A stretch of DNA of 64,000 nt from an uncultured Clostridia bacterium (GCA_944376845.1 CALWDZ010000007.1:1294-65293); one strand, 5' to 3'; numbered from the stretch's first letter, positions 35,282 through 47,540 are shown. Notes: generated by a model from the sequence alone, not told the origin. A program made the numbers and translations.

Positions 35282-36931
35282 GTGACAGATATAGAAATAG
35301 CACGAAGTGCTAAGTTAAAGAAGATAAAAAAAATAGCAAAAAAGTTAAAGTTCAAAGATGATATTATTTATTATGGTATGTATAAAGCCAAGTTGCCAAT
35401 CAGATATGGTAAAAAACATGGAAAGGTTATATTAGTTACCGCTATAAATCCAACTAAACTTGGCATAGGTAAAACTACGGTTTCTATTGGACTTGCGGAT
35501 GCTATGAAAAAATTAGGTAAAAAGGTTTGTTTGGCGCTTAGAGAGCCTTCGCTTGGGCCTGTCTTTGGCGTAAAGGGTGGAGCAACAGGCGGTGGTTACA
35601 GCCAAATTGCTCCAATGGAAGATATCAATTTGCATTTTAATGGCGACTTTCATGCAATTACATCTGCTAATAATCTTTTGTGTAGTATGATAGATAATCA
35701 CATTTTTCAAGGAAACGAACTTGGTATCGACCCTGAAAAAATACTCTTTCATAGATGTTTGGACCTTAATGATAGAGCGTTACGCCAAGTTACCGTGGCA
35801 GAGGGAATAAAAAATGGCGTGGCCCGACCAGAGCAATTTACAATAACTGCGGCTAGTGAGATTATGGCTATTATGTGTCTTGCTACTGATTTTAATGACC
35901 TTAAAAACAGATTGGCAAATATTATGGTTGCACTAAATTACAAGTCTGAGCCAGTATATGCAAGAGATTTACACGCAGAAGAGGGTATGGCAATACTTTT
36001 AAAAGATGCCTTGATGCCAAACCTTGTGCAAACATTATGCCATACTCCAGCAATTGTGCATATGGGGCCTTTTGCTAATATTGCACATGGTTGTAATAGT
36101 ATTATTGCTACAAAAATGGCGCAGTCATACGCAGATTATGTTGTTACTGAAGCGGGTTTTGGAGCAGACCTTGGCGCTGAAAAGTTTTTTGATGTTAAAT
36201 GTCGCATAGGAGATATTAAACCTAGTGCTGTCGTGCTTGTTGTAACTGTTGGTGCATTAAAACTTCACGGAGGTATTGCTTTTAAGCAACTATCAAAGCC
36301 AAATCCCGAAGCGGTTAAAAAGGGTATGGACAACTTATATGCTCATATAAATACCATTTTCAATGAATTTAAACTACCACTTATTGTAGTTGTAAATAAG
36401 TATAAAACGGACACTTTTGAAGAATTACAAATGATTCAATCAGAACTAGATAAATCTGATGTTATTTCTGTTGTTTGTGATGTATATGGAAAAGAAAAAA
36501 TTGGTACCGATATTTTAGCGAAAAAAGTTGTTGAAGTTTGTGATAGGTTCAGCAATCAATTTAAATACTTGTATGATGTTAATGCAACTATAAAATCTAA
36601 AATAAAAGAAATTGCAACGCGTGTTTATGGTGCAAGGGGAGTCAAGTTTACTGAAGAAGCCAATAAACAAATTGAATTTTTGACCAAAAAGCATTTGGAT
36701 AAGTTGCCTATTGTAATTGCAAAAACTCAATATAGTCTTAGTGATAATGCAAAACTCTTAAATAGACCAAAAGATTTTTACATTACAATAAATGAAGTTC
36801 AGGTTAAAACTGGTGCGGGTTTTATTGTTGCAATTGCAGGCAATATGTTACTTATGCCTGGGCTTAACAAAACTCCAAATGTAATCAATATGCACATAGA
36901 CGAAAACTATAACATTGAAGGGTTGTTTTAA
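35282..36931 (+). CDS. fhs: formate--tetrahydrofolate ligase
   Basis: TPTKLGIGKTT, LREPSLGPVFGVKGGATGGGY, FANIAHGCNS, VTEAGFGADLG. GTG start. Confidence 0.95.
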   Translation: MTDIEIARSAKLKKIKKIAKKLKFKDDIIYYGMYKAKLPIRYGKKHGKVILVTAINPTKLGIGKTTVSIGLADAMKKLGKKVCLALREPSLGPVFGVKGGATGGGYSQIAPMEDINLHFNGDFHAITSANNLLCSMIDNHIFQGNELGIDPEKILFHRCLDLNDRALRQVTVAEGIKNGVARPEQFTITAASEIMAIMCLATDFNDLKNRLANIMVALNYKSEPVYARDLHAEEGMAILLKDALMPNLVQTLCHTPAIVHMGPFANIAHGCNSIIATKMAQSYADYVVTEAGFGADLGAEKFFDVKCRIGDIKPSAVVLVVTVGALKLHGGIAFKQLSKPNPEAVKKGMDNLYAHINTIFNEFKLPLIVVVNKYKTDTFEELQMIQSELDKSDVISVVCDVYGKEKIGTDILAKKVVEVCDRFSNQFKYLYDVNATIKSKIKEIATRVYGARGVKFTEEANKQIEFLTKKHLDKLPIVIAKTQYSLSDNAKLLNRPKDFYITINEVQVKTGAGFIVAIAGNMLLMPGLNKTPNVINMHIDENYNIEGLF

Positions 36932-36958
36932 AAAATGGGAATTAATTCCCATTTTTTT
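36932..36958. terminator. bidirectional terminator between fhs and the convergent lipoprotein gene
   Basis: Hairpin AATGGGAAT/ATTCCCATT with flanking A/T runs. Confidence 0.65.
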
Positions 36959-37700
36959 AATTTGTAGTATCTTCTGTGTCTTCACTTTCAGGTGCGCCAG
37001 TAAATGTTTCAAACTCTATATTCAATGTCAGTGAACCTTGTAATATATTAGGCAAATTCAAATTTAGTTCTCCCGTCATAAGGTCATTAAGGTTGATTTG
37101 TAAAGCGGTTGTGGTGTTTGTTTCAACTTGTGTTGTTTCATTTTGAATAACTGTTTCATACACAAATGTTAATGCAACCTCACAATATATTGTATTATTG
37201 CTATCAAGTGCAAGTACTGGTTCGGTTATTGTAAATTGATTATTTTGTGTTATATCTTCATTTATAAGTTCATGCAAAGATGAATAACTGCTGCCCATTG
37301 ACATAACCATATTTATTGAGTTTATTGTATATGAACTTGTTATGGTATTATTTACAGTGGCTGTTTTAGGCGTTACTAAATCCATTGAAGGTGATGTAAA
37401 AATAGCGGTGTAAGTTCCTCTGGTTTGGTTGGTAACAGCAAACGAATATGTTGATTCATATGACACAATTATATTATTATGCATCCAAGCCAAAAAAGTT
37501 GAATTTTGTTTTTCTGTGGCATAAATAGTGCAAGTTGTATTTTCTTCAAATGTTCCGCTGCCATATGCAGTGCCATAGTTTGAATACCAAACATTCACAG
37601 AAACATCAAAGAACTGTGGTTCTTCATTGCATCCATACATAAAAACGGACATCACAAGGCAAAGTAATATACTTGTTAAAATTTTAAGTTTAGACTTCAT
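36957..37700 (-). CDS. putative lipoprotein with one InlB B-repeat-like (Listeria-Bacteroides repeat) beta domain
   Basis: Signal peptide plus lipobox (LVMSVFMYGC). GTAYGSGTFEENTTCTIYATEKQNSTFLAWMHNN..VSYESTYSFAVT......YTAIF matches the G.v.G.G.y..g..v.l.A....gy.F.gW repeat pattern. Thr/Asn-rich. Confidence 0.5.
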   Translation of the reverse strand: MKSKLKILTSILLCLVMSVFMYGCNEEPQFFDVSVNVWYSNYGTAYGSGTFEENTTCTIYATEKQNSTFLAWMHNNIIVSYESTYSFAVTNQTRGTYTAIFTSPSMDLVTPKTATVNNTITSSYTINSINMVMSMGSSYSSLHELINEDITQNNQFTITEPVLALDSNNTIYCEVALTFVYETVIQNETTQVETNTTTALQINLNDLMTGELNLNLPNILQGSLTLNIEFETFTGAPESEDTEDTTN

Positions 37701-37847
37701 ACAAACCTCATTTTAACTTTATCAAAATGACTAATTTATGTCAAATAAATGTTGGCACAAAAAACTTAGAATATTACAAATTTGGCGAAATTATTTATGA
37801 GTAAAAAGTACATTGTTGCATAAAATACAAACGATAAAGGATAAATT

Positions 37848-38600
37848 ATGTGGGAATTTTGTATTAGCATAAACACAAGCCATCATCAAATTATAGATTT
37901 TGTCTTAGAAAAATTGGATGGTGAAATTAAAGATTGTAATGGTGTGATTACTTGTTTAAATAAGGGGCAGTGCACTGATATATTAGTGGCATGCAATAAG
38001 TTTGAAAAGAATAGACTTATTTTAACACTTCAAGAAATTATATCTCAGGTGATTTGTTATTTCTATAAAAAAAGTTTTTTAATGCAAAATTTACACATAG
38101 ACATTGTAGATAATGTGTCAAGACAAGCGTTTATTTCGGCACTTCTTTATTTTGATAACGAAACCGATAGTTATATTGTTAACAAGTACTTAGAGATAGG
38201 GAATAAAATAAATATTGAGAGTTTTTTTAATTTTAGGTTGCAGTCCTTAAAACAAAAGTGGCAAGAACTTGTGGATATTTCCAATCAAAATGAAATTTAT
38301 TTATATAAAGATGATACGTTTTTAGAATTGATTAAATTTTTAGTTGATAACATAGAAGTAAAAAACGATGTTGTAAATATAATGCCGCTTGATAAATCAT
38401 ATGGAATATTTGATTCTAAGTTTGATATAATTGAGCCGTCACAAGATATGGATGAAGAAAAGTTAGTGACAGATCTTATCGCATTAAGCCCTAAAAGTAT
38501 AAATATATATTGTAGTGAAATTTTATCTAACAAAATTAAAACTTTAATTTGTAAGTTGTTTGAAAAACGAGTGAAATTTGTTAAAGAAACCGTAAATTGA
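37848..38600 (+). CDS. ytxC: putative sporulation protein YtxC
   Basis: About 250 aa with the central FNFRL....KW..L motif and FLELIKFL, as I recall for the YtxC family. Neighbourhood near infC. Assignment is moderate. Confidence 0.5.
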   Translation: MWEFCISINTSHHQIIDFVLEKLDGEIKDCNGVITCLNKGQCTDILVACNKFEKNRLILTLQEIISQVICYFYKKSFLMQNLHIDIVDNVSRQAFISALLYFDNETDSYIVNKYLEIGNKINIESFFNFRLQSLKQKWQELVDISNQNEIYLYKDDTFLELIKFLVDNIEVKNDVVNIMPLDKSYGIFDSKFDIIEPSQDMDEEKLVTDLIALSPKSINIYCSEILSNKIKTLICKLFEKRVKFVKETVN

Positions 38601-38640
38601 AAAAAAGTAAAACATTTTAAAAATTTTGTAAAATAGTATA

Positions 38641-38669
38641 TTGACTTTTGCTTGCCTATTTAGTATTAT
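38641..38669 (+). promoter_or_regulatory. sigma-A type promoter for the 38696 gene
   Basis: TTGACT (38641-38646), 17-nt spacer, TATTAT (38664-38669). Confidence 0.5.
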
Positions 38670-38695
38670 TATAATAAATAAACTACTATGGGTGG

Positions 38696-39292
38696 GTGAA
38701 AATGAGAAATATTTACAAAGAAGAGTTAGAAGTATTGCTTGCCAATTATGATGAAAAACTTAATGAAATACTTAGAAACGAAGGATTGACTGCTTTATTA
38801 AAGAAAAGCAATGATGAACTTCGCAATGATTTTGCTTTAAGATACAAAACTGTGCATATGCAAGTTAAAACAAAATACGCTTATAAACCTCGTAAAGAAC
38901 TTAGTTATAATCTGTTAAAACTTCGTCGTATCTTTGCCATTTGGAAAAATACAAATATAGTTTTGATTGAGGGTGGTTTAAGATATTCTGCTACTGATAG
39001 ATATCAACAATTTCCTAAGTACAATATGCAGAACCCTACAATTTGGCCAACTGATAAAACATTAAATCGTATCAGAGTTAAGGCTTTGGGAATTTATGTA
39101 CAGGCAAACAATATAACTGATTTAAGGTCACTTAGAGGAACGCTTATTAGGAAATTTGGAATAGATAATGACACTGCGAATTTTTATGTTGATGTTTTTA
39201 GACGTATGCAATCTAAAAAAGTTATGAATAATTTCTCTTTGGTTGTTGATTCACAAGATATTGACGATTATAATGTAGAAGTTTTTCAGTAA
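38696..39292 (+). CDS. hypothetical protein (198 aa, basic, no recognisable motif)
   Basis: Clean ORF with its own consensus promoter. The start is GTG 38696 or ATG 38702. Confidence 0.55.
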   Translation: MKMRNIYKEELEVLLANYDEKLNEILRNEGLTALLKKSNDELRNDFALRYKTVHMQVKTKYAYKPRKELSYNLLKLRRIFAIWKNTNIVLIEGGLRYSATDRYQQFPKYNMQNPTIWPTDKTLNRIRVKALGIYVQANNITDLRSLRGTLIRKFGIDNDTANFYVDVFRRMQSKKVMNNFSLVVDSQDIDDYNVEVFQ

Positions 39293-39307
39293 AATTTTAA
39301 AAAACTG

Positions 39308-39336
39308 TTGACATAGTTAAAACGATATGATATTAT
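39308..39336 (+). promoter_or_regulatory. sigma-A promoter of the infC-rpmI-rplT operon
   Basis: TTGACA (39308-39313), 17-nt spacer, TATTAT (39331-39336). Confidence 0.6.
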
Positions 39337-39342
39337 TCTTTT

Positions 39343-39462
39343 CGTAAAGTAGAGTTTTCTCTCACCAGTCAGGGCAACTTGGACTGCGTAATAAAACAAA
39401 TTTTATCTATATTGTTATTGTTTTATGGTGAGTGAAAATGTTTCTATTTCACTCATTTTTTA
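39343..39462 (+). promoter_or_regulatory. L20-type leader / transcription attenuator of the infC operon
   Basis: Intrinsic terminator TGAGTGAAA...TTTCACTCA plus T6 (39428-39462). Its 5' arm (GGTGAGTG) can alternatively pair with the upstream CTCTCACC (39358-39365). Confidence 0.55.
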
Positions 39463-39480
39463 TTGTAGGAGGATATAACT

Positions 39481-39990
39481 ATTTTTAAAGAACTTCTGAT
39501 CAATGACCAGATATCAACCAACGAAGTTAGGTTAATTGGTCAAAATGGAGAACAACACGGCATTGTAAGTTTGTCAAAGGCAAAAGATATTGCTGAAAGT
39601 GCAGGACTTGACCTTGTTTTAATGTCTTCTTCATCCACACCTTATGTATGTAAGATTATGGACTATGGCAAATATAAGTTTGATGCCATAAAAAAAGAAA
39701 AAGAACTTAAAAAAAATCAAAAGGTAAGTACTTTAAAAGAAATTCAACTATCTATGACTATTGACACTCATGACAAGGAAGTCAAAGCAAAACACGGTGT
39801 ACGCTTTTTAAAAGACGGGGATAAGGTTAAAGTTGTGCTCAGAATGAAAGGTCGTCAACAAGCGTATGTAAAAAATGCAATTGAGGTTGTTAAGTCATTT
39901 TATGATATGTTGTCGCAGTACGGCACATACGACAAGGAACCTGAAGTCGTTGGAAGAAATATTATAATGATTATATCACCAAAAAAGTAA
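39481..39990 (+). CDS. infC: translation initiation factor IF-3 (ATT start codon)
   Basis: From the in-frame ATT at 39481 (8 nt after AGGAGG) the protein begins IFKELLINDQISTNEVRLIGQNGEQHGIVSLSKA, the conserved IF-3 N-domain. The ORF track begins only at internal TTG 39571. Confidence 0.88.
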   Translation: MFKELLINDQISTNEVRLIGQNGEQHGIVSLSKAKDIAESAGLDLVLMSSSSTPYVCKIMDYGKYKFDAIKKEKELKKNQKVSTLKEIQLSMTIDTHDKEVKAKHGVRFLKDGDKVKVVLRMKGRQQAYVKNAIEVVKSFYDMLSQYGTYDKEPEVVGRNIIMIISPKK

Positions 39991-40006
39991 CTAAAAGGAG
40001 ATTATT

Positions 40007-40201
40007 ATGCCAAAACAAAAATCACATAGTGGTGCAAAGAAAAGATTTAAAGTTAATAAATCTGGCACAGTTAAGTATGCTAAGCCAAATAGAGGTCACT
40101 TTTTGGCTAAAAAAGCACAATCAAGGAAAAGAAAATTAAGAAAGGGCGGTTATCTTTCAGGGAAACAAGCAAGCAATGTTAGAAAGATGATTAACGCATA
40201 A
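40007..40201 (+). CDS. rpmI: 50S ribosomal protein L35
   Basis: [19 protein letters not shown]....N..H. Confidence 0.95.
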   Translation: MPKQKSHSGAKKRFKVNKSGTVKYAKPNRGHFLAKKAQSRKRKLRKGGYLSGKQASNVRKMINA

Positions 40202-40212
40202 GGAGGCTTAAA

Positions 40213-40563
40213 GTGAGAATTAAAAGATCAGTTAATGCATTGAAAAAGAGAAGATCAATATTAAAACAAGCAAAAGGTTATCGCGGAGCAAAATCTAAAC
40301 TTTATAGAGTCGCTCGTCAAGCAGTTATGAAGAGTGGACAATATGCTTATATTGGAAGAAAACAAAAGAAGAGAAATTTCCGTTCACTTTGGATAACAAG
40401 AATAAATGCAGCATGCAGACTTAATAATATTTCATATAGTCGCTTTATGCATGGACTTAAAGTTTCTGGAATTGACCTAAATAGAAAAGTTCTTGCAGAT
40501 ATGGCTGTTAACGATGCAGAAGGTTTTGCATCACTAGTAGTTGTAGCAAACAAAGCAAACTAA
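40213..40563 (+). CDS. rplT: 50S ribosomal protein L20
   Basis: [31 protein letters not shown]...[17 protein letters not shown] start. Confidence 0.95.
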   Translation: MRIKRSVNALKKRRSILKQAKGYRGAKSKLYRVARQAVMKSGQYAYIGRKQKKRNFRSLWITRINAACRLNNISYSRFMHGLKVSGIDLNRKVLADMAVNDAEGFASLVVVANKAN

Positions 40564-40570
40564 TAAATAA

Positions 40571-40598
40571 AAAACAAATCACTGCGATTTGTTTTTTT
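40571..40598 (+). terminator. rho-independent terminator after rplT
   Basis: Hairpin AACAAATC/GATTTGTT followed by T7. Confidence 0.7.
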
Positions 40599-40609
40599 AT
40601 GTTATAAAT

Positions 40610-40638
40610 TTGATTTTGTGGCTTTTAGTATGTATAAT
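40610..40638 (+). promoter_or_regulatory. sigma-A promoter placed for a leaderless trmH-family transcript
   Basis: TTGATT (40610-40615), 17-nt spacer, TATAAT (40633-40638). ATG 40646 is 7 nt downstream with no SD. Confidence 0.5.
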
Positions 40639-40645
40639 AAATATT

Positions 40646-41368
40646 ATGTTAACATCAGTACACAACGAGAAAATTAAAAGTTTAAAAAAATTATCTAAAC
40701 AAAAAGACGTTTTATGTTTAGATAATCCAAAACTTATACAAGAAGCATTGTTAAATAATTGGGAAATTTTGGCGGTTATTAAATCAATTGACGATGTTTT
40801 TACAAATTCTGATATTTTAGTATCAGAAAATGTTTTAAAACAGTTTACAAATGTAAAAACAACTCAAGGTGTAGTTGCTCTTGTTAAACTCAAACATTAT
40901 AACCTGCGACCTCCTGATGGCAATTTTCTGATATTGGATAATGTCCAAGACCCAGGCAATGTAGGAACACTTATACGCAGTGCCGTTGGGGCAAATTTTT
41001 TAGACATATATTTGTACAATTGTGCAAGTTTGTCACTTGATAAAACGGTGAGAAGCACAATGGGGGCATTGTTTAAGTGTAGGTTTTATGAAGTTGATAA
41101 AACTTTTATCAAAACTCTAAAACAATGGAACAAAAAAATTTTAACAGCGGATATGGATGGCGAAAATATTTTTAAATTTGATGCTAATCAAAATTTGGGT
41201 TTAATAATAGGAAATGAAGGACATGGTGTAAGTAAAGAATTTCGTAGTCTTTCATGTAAAACCATTTCAATTCCTATGCAAAATGGACTTGAAAGTTTAA
41301 ATGCGGGGGTTAGCGGAAGTATTATAATGTATCAATTGACTTATGGAGGTAAAAATGTCAGGTCATAG
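40646..41368 (+). CDS. TrmH/SpoU-family RNA 2'-O-methyltransferase
   Basis: SpoU motifs [30 protein letters not shown] and [17 protein letters not shown]. The ORF-track TTG 40589 lies inside the rplT terminator, so ATG 40646 is preferred. Confidence 0.85.
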   Translation: MLTSVHNEKIKSLKKLSKQKDVLCLDNPKLIQEALLNNWEILAVIKSIDDVFTNSDILVSENVLKQFTNVKTTQGVVALVKLKHYNLRPPDGNFLILDNVQDPGNVGTLIRSAVGANFLDIYLYNCASLSLDKTVRSTMGALFKCRFYEVDKTFIKTLKQWNKKILTADMDGENIFKFDANQNLGLIIGNEGHGVSKEFRSLSCKTISIPMQNGLESLNAGVSGSIIMYQLTYGGKNVRS

Positions 41369-42086
41369 TAAATGGAATAATATAAAAAGAACAAAAGAAA
41401 AATCAGATGCCCAAAGAGGTAAGATTTTTACAAAAATAGGTAGAGAAATTGCTGTTGTAGTAAAGCAAGGTGGCAGCGACCCTAATGTAAATTCTAAACT
41501 AAAAGATGTAATTCAAAAGGCAAAACAAAATAACATGCCAAATGATTCTATAGAAAGGTCGATAAAAAAAGCGGCCGGGGAACTTTCTGGTGTAAATTAT
41601 GAATCTATAACATATGAAGGCTATGGAGCAGGTGGTTCAGCAGTAATTGTTGAGTGCTTAACAGATAATAAAAACCGTACTGCTGGAGATGTCAGGCACG
41701 CTTTCGATAAACACGGTGGCTCACTTGGTTCAACTGGATGTGTAAGTTATCTTTTTAATCGCCGTGGGCTTATTGTTATAGAAAAAACTATAAATACAGA
41801 TGTTGATACGCTTATGATGGATGCACTTGACGCGGGTGCAGATGATGTTGTTGAAGAAGACGATGTTATAGAAGTTTATACATCACCAAATAGTTTTGAT
41901 ACTGTAAAACAAAATCTAGAAAATAAAAATTATCAATTTTTATCTGCTGAGGTCACATTGGTTGCAGATAATTATATAGAACTTGAACAATCAAAACTTG
42001 AACAATTTGAAAAAATGATGGATGCATTAAATGATTTGGATGATGTCCAAAATGTTTATCATAATGTAGAAAATAGTGAAGAATAA
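41355..42086 (+). CDS. yebC: YebC/PmpR family transcriptional regulator
   Basis: [12 protein letters not shown]...[19 protein letters not shown]. Confidence 0.92.
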   Translation: MSGHSKWNNIKRTKEKSDAQRGKIFTKIGREIAVVVKQGGSDPNVNSKLKDVIQKAKQNNMPNDSIERSIKKAAGELSGVNYESITYEGYGAGGSAVIVECLTDNKNRTAGDVRHAFDKHGGSLGSTGCVSYLFNRRGLIVIEKTINTDVDTLMMDALDAGADDVVEEDDVIEVYTSPNSFDTVKQNLENKNYQFLSAEVTLVADNYIELEQSKLEQFEKMMDALNDLDDVQNVYHNVENSEE

Positions 42087-42087
42087 T

Positions 42088-42576
42088 ATGAAAATTTTAG
42101 GAATTGACCCAGGTTATGGAATTGTCGGATATGGCATAATTGAAGGTGGCTATCAGCCCAAAATGATAGATTATGGTGTTGTATCCACACCAAAACAATT
42201 GTCTTTACCAGAAAGATTAGAAATAATATATAGTTCAATTGAAACTTTAATAAAGTCCTATAGCCCTGATGTTGTGGCAATTGAGGAGTTATTCTACTTT
42301 AGAAATCAAACAACAATCATACCAGTTGCAGAGGCAAGAGGAGTAATACTTCTTGCCTGCAAAGATAATAATGTGCCAATATTTGAATATACGCCATTGC
42401 AAATAAAGCAGGCGTTAACGGGTATCGGAAGAGCAGAAAAAGCGCAAGTACAATTTATGGTTAAAACCATTTTAGGACTTGAAAGTGTTCCTAAACCTGA
42501 TGATGCTGCGGATGCATTGGCAGTGGCAATATGCCATGGACAAATAAATCCAAATCTCAATAATAACGGAGTTTAA
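42088..42576 (+). CDS. ruvC: crossover junction endodeoxyribonuclease RuvC
   Basis: ILGIDPGYGIVGYG, AIEELFYFRN, DAADALAVAICH. Confidence 0.9.
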   Translation: MKILGIDPGYGIVGYGIIEGGYQPKMIDYGVVSTPKQLSLPERLEIIYSSIETLIKSYSPDVVAIEELFYFRNQTTIIPVAEARGVILLACKDNNVPIFEYTPLQIKQALTGIGRAEKAQVQFMVKTILGLESVPKPDDAADALAVAICHGQINPNLNNNGV

Positions 42577-42578
42577 TA

Positions 42579-43160
42579 ATGATAAATTTTATAGAAGGGA
42601 AAGTAGTAGATAAGCAGGAAGATTATGTTGTAATAGAGAACAATCAAATTGGTTATGAAATATATGTTAGTTCTTTCACACAAAACACGCTAATCTATCA
42701 AAATGAGATGGCAAGACTTTTTACATACATGAATGTTAGAGAGGACGGAATAACGCTTTATGGGTTTGCCACAAAAGAAGAAAAAGATATGTTTTTAAAA
42801 CTTATATCTGTGAGTGGTATCGGGCCCAAAATGGCTATGGGAATATTATCTAATATTTCTATTGTAGATTTAACAAATGCAATATTTAGACAAGACATAA
42901 AGATGCTTTGCACAGTTAAAGGACTGGGCAAAAAGACCGCTGAAAGATTACTTGTCGAATTAAAAGACAAAACATTGCCAACCACGGTTGCATCATCTGA
43001 TGATAATGTTAACATGTCATATGTGGATGAGGCAACAGATGCACTTGTGAGTTTGGGGGTTGGTAAAAATGAAGCATATAGGCTTGCAAGAGAAAATGCA
43101 AAAGAGTGTGCAAGCGTAGAAGAAATTATAACAAAAGTATTAAGAGGAATGGGTAACTAA
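42579..43160 (+). CDS. ruvA: Holliday junction branch migration protein RuvA
   Basis: MINFIEGKV...GYEI, and helix-hairpin-helix motifs [12 protein letters not shown] and [12 protein letters not shown]. Confidence 0.92.
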   Translation: MINFIEGKVVDKQEDYVVIENNQIGYEIYVSSFTQNTLIYQNEMARLFTYMNVREDGITLYGFATKEEKDMFLKLISVSGIGPKMAMGILSNISIVDLTNAIFRQDIKMLCTVKGLGKKTAERLLVELKDKTLPTTVASSDDNVNMSYVDEATDALVSLGVGKNEAYRLARENAKECASVEEIITKVLRGMGN

Positions 43161-44198
43161 TGGCAACTGATAACAGATTTATTACCAGTACAAAAAATGC
43201 AAGTGAACTTGAAATTGAAAATTCTCTTAGACCAAGGACAATGGATGACTACGTTGGTCAAGAAAAAATTAAAAGTACACTTAAGGTATATATAGAAGCG
43301 GCAAAAAAGAGAAATGATACACTTGATCATGTGCTTTTATATGGGCCACCAGGGCTTGGTAAAACCACGCTTAGTCATATTATTGCAAATGAAATGGGGT
43401 CACAATTGAAAATCACATCGGGTCCGGCCATTGAGCATGCCGCTGACCTTGCTGCAATTGTGACAAATTTGAATAAAGGTGATGTTTTGTTTATTGATGA
43501 AATTCACCGTTTAAATAAATCTGTTGAAGAAATACTTTATCCTGCAATGGAAGATTTTGCCTTGGACTTTGTTGTGGGTAAGGGACCATCGGCAAAAAAT
43601 ATGCGTTTAAAAATACAACCTTTTACTCTAATAGGCGCAACAACTCGTGCTGGTATGATTACTGGTCCTTTAAGAGATAGATTTGGAGTTATATGTCGAC
43701 TTGAACTTTATACTCCGCAAGAACTGATGATAATAATAAAAAGGTCAAGTAAAATACTTGGTATTGACATAGATGATGAAGCAAGTTTATGTTTGGCATC
43801 TAGAAGTAGGGGGACACCAAGACTTGCAAATAGACTTTTAAAGCGTGTTAGAGATTTTGCGGAAGTTATTGGTGAGGGAAAAATTACCAAAGATATTGCT
43901 GAAAAGTCTTTAAAACTAATGGAAATAGATGAACTTGGATTAGATTTTGTCGACAGAAGAATACTTGAAAATATAATAAAAAAATTTAGTGGTGGCCCAG
44001 TTGGATTAGATACTTTAAGTGCTGCAACTGGTGAGGATAATGCAACAATTGAAGATGTCTATGAACCTTATCTTTTGCAACTTGGTTTTATTGCTCGTAC
44101 TCCACGCGGTAGAGTTGCACTACCAAAAGCATATGAGCATTTAGGGCTAAGTTTAAGTGATGAAAAGAGAAAATCTCTTGAAGTATATAAAAGTGTAA

Positions 44199-44215
<17 letters not shown>
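43160..44215 (+). CDS. ruvB: Holliday junction branch migration DNA helicase RuvB
   Basis: [38 protein letters not shown]. Confidence 0.95.
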
Positions 44216-46359
<2,144 letters not shown>

Positions 46360-46415
46360 ACAAAAATATGTTTTGTTTTTTACATTTTATGTGATAATAT
46401 TTAAAAGGAGAGATT

Positions 46416-46502
46416 ATGGCACTGTTACTTGCGTCTATGACGGAAATTATTATTCCACTTATTGTTTTGTTGATAGTTGTAATATTGTCATGTTATCTGT
46501 AA
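46416..46502 (+). CDS. candidate 28-aa hydrophobic micro-protein (not in the ORF track)
   Basis: ATG 6 nt after AAGGAGAG. Encodes MALLLASMTEIIIPLIVLLIVVILSCYL (a single TM helix). The stop lies 13 nt before the yajC ATG. Confidence 0.4.
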   Translation: MALLLASMTEIIIPLIVLLIVVILSCYL

Positions 46503-46515
46503 TTTGGAGGTTAAT

Positions 46516-47034
46516 ATGAGTTTAATTTTATCAAATGTAGGTGTGGGTTCTTGGATTTTATTAGGAGTTCTACTTTTAATTTTGATTGTTTCTCCATTCA
46601 TTATGCGTGCTAAGAGTAAAAAAGAAATGGATACGCAACAAAAAATGATGGATGCAATTAACAAAGGTGATACAGTTTTGACATCTGCTGGCGTTATTGG
46701 AAAAGTCGTAGGAATTGATGCGAACAAACAGGGATATAAAACATTAACACTTGAAACAGGTGACGAAAAGCATAAAGGATATTTGTGTGTTGATATAAGA
46801 TCAATTTATTATAATCTTAGCAACCCGGTTATTGAAAATACGCCTGAAAAGAAAGTGGAAGAAACTCCAAAAGTTGAACAAAAAACAGAAGAAGTTATAG
46901 AAATGCCAGAGGATATTTCAAAACCTGTTGAAAATGTCTCTGTCGATGAAAGTACAGAACCTATAAAAGAAGAACCAATAGCCGACACAAAAGAACCAAC
47001 AGCAAAGCATAAGAAAAACAAAAAGAAAAACTAA
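46516..47034 (+). CDS. yajC: preprotein translocase subunit YajC with an acidic/Lys-rich C-terminal extension
   Basis: TM helix, then the YajC core QQKMMDAINKGDTVLTSAGVIGKVVGID. ATG 46516 follows GGAGG. Confidence 0.8.
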   Translation: MSLILSNVGVGSWILLGVLLLILIVSPFIMRAKSKKEMDTQQKMMDAINKGDTVLTSAGVIGKVVGIDANKQGYKTLTLETGDEKHKGYLCVDIRSIYYNLSNPVIENTPEKKVEETPKVEQKTEEVIEMPEDISKPVENVSVDESTEPIKEEPIADTKEPTAKHKKNKKKN

Positions 47035-47089
47035 GAATAAAATACTCTCCTTGTTCATATTTATATGGTGTGGACAAGGAGATATTTTT

Positions 47090-47503
47090 ATGGTAAAAAC
47101 TAAAAATAAACAGGTAAAAAGTGATGAGGAAAAGGTTTCATTTTTTCTAATTACTTTAAAGGGTGCATTATATGCTCTATCAGTTTGCTTAATAGGTATT
47201 TTAATATTTGCGTTTGTATTGCGTTTTGTAGCAGTTAGCGATTCATTGATAAAACCGATAAATCAAGTTATTAAGACAATATCAATCTTAGTTGGAACTT
47301 TTGTAGCACTAAAAAAGTCAAAAGATATGGGACTAATATCAGGACTTGTAATAGGACTTTTGTTCACAATTGTTTCTTTCTTAGCATTTTCAATTTTAGA
47401 TGGTCATTTTGAATTTGGGATTTCACTTTTAAATGATTGTTTATTCGGTTCAATTGTAGGTGGAATTTGCGGAATTATTGCAGTTAATCTTAGAAAAAAA
47501 TAA
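47090..47503 (+). CDS. small multi-pass membrane protein (TIGR04086/YrzE-like)
   Basis: Four predicted TM helices. Its position between yajC and secD matches the Bacillus yrzE context. ATG 47090 follows AAGGAG. Confidence 0.45.
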   Translation: MVKTKNKQVKSDEEKVSFFLITLKGALYALSVCLIGILIFAFVLRFVAVSDSLIKPINQVIKTISILVGTFVALKKSKDMGLISGLVIGLLFTIVSFLAFSILDGHFEFGISLLNDCLFGSIVGGICGIIAVNLRKK

Positions 47504-47515
47504 TCAATATTAAAA

Positions 47516-47540
47516 AGGCAACAGCCAAAGTTGCCTTTTT
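47516..47540 (+). terminator. rho-independent terminator
   Basis: Hairpin AGGCAAC/GTTGCCT followed by T-run. Confidence 0.6.
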
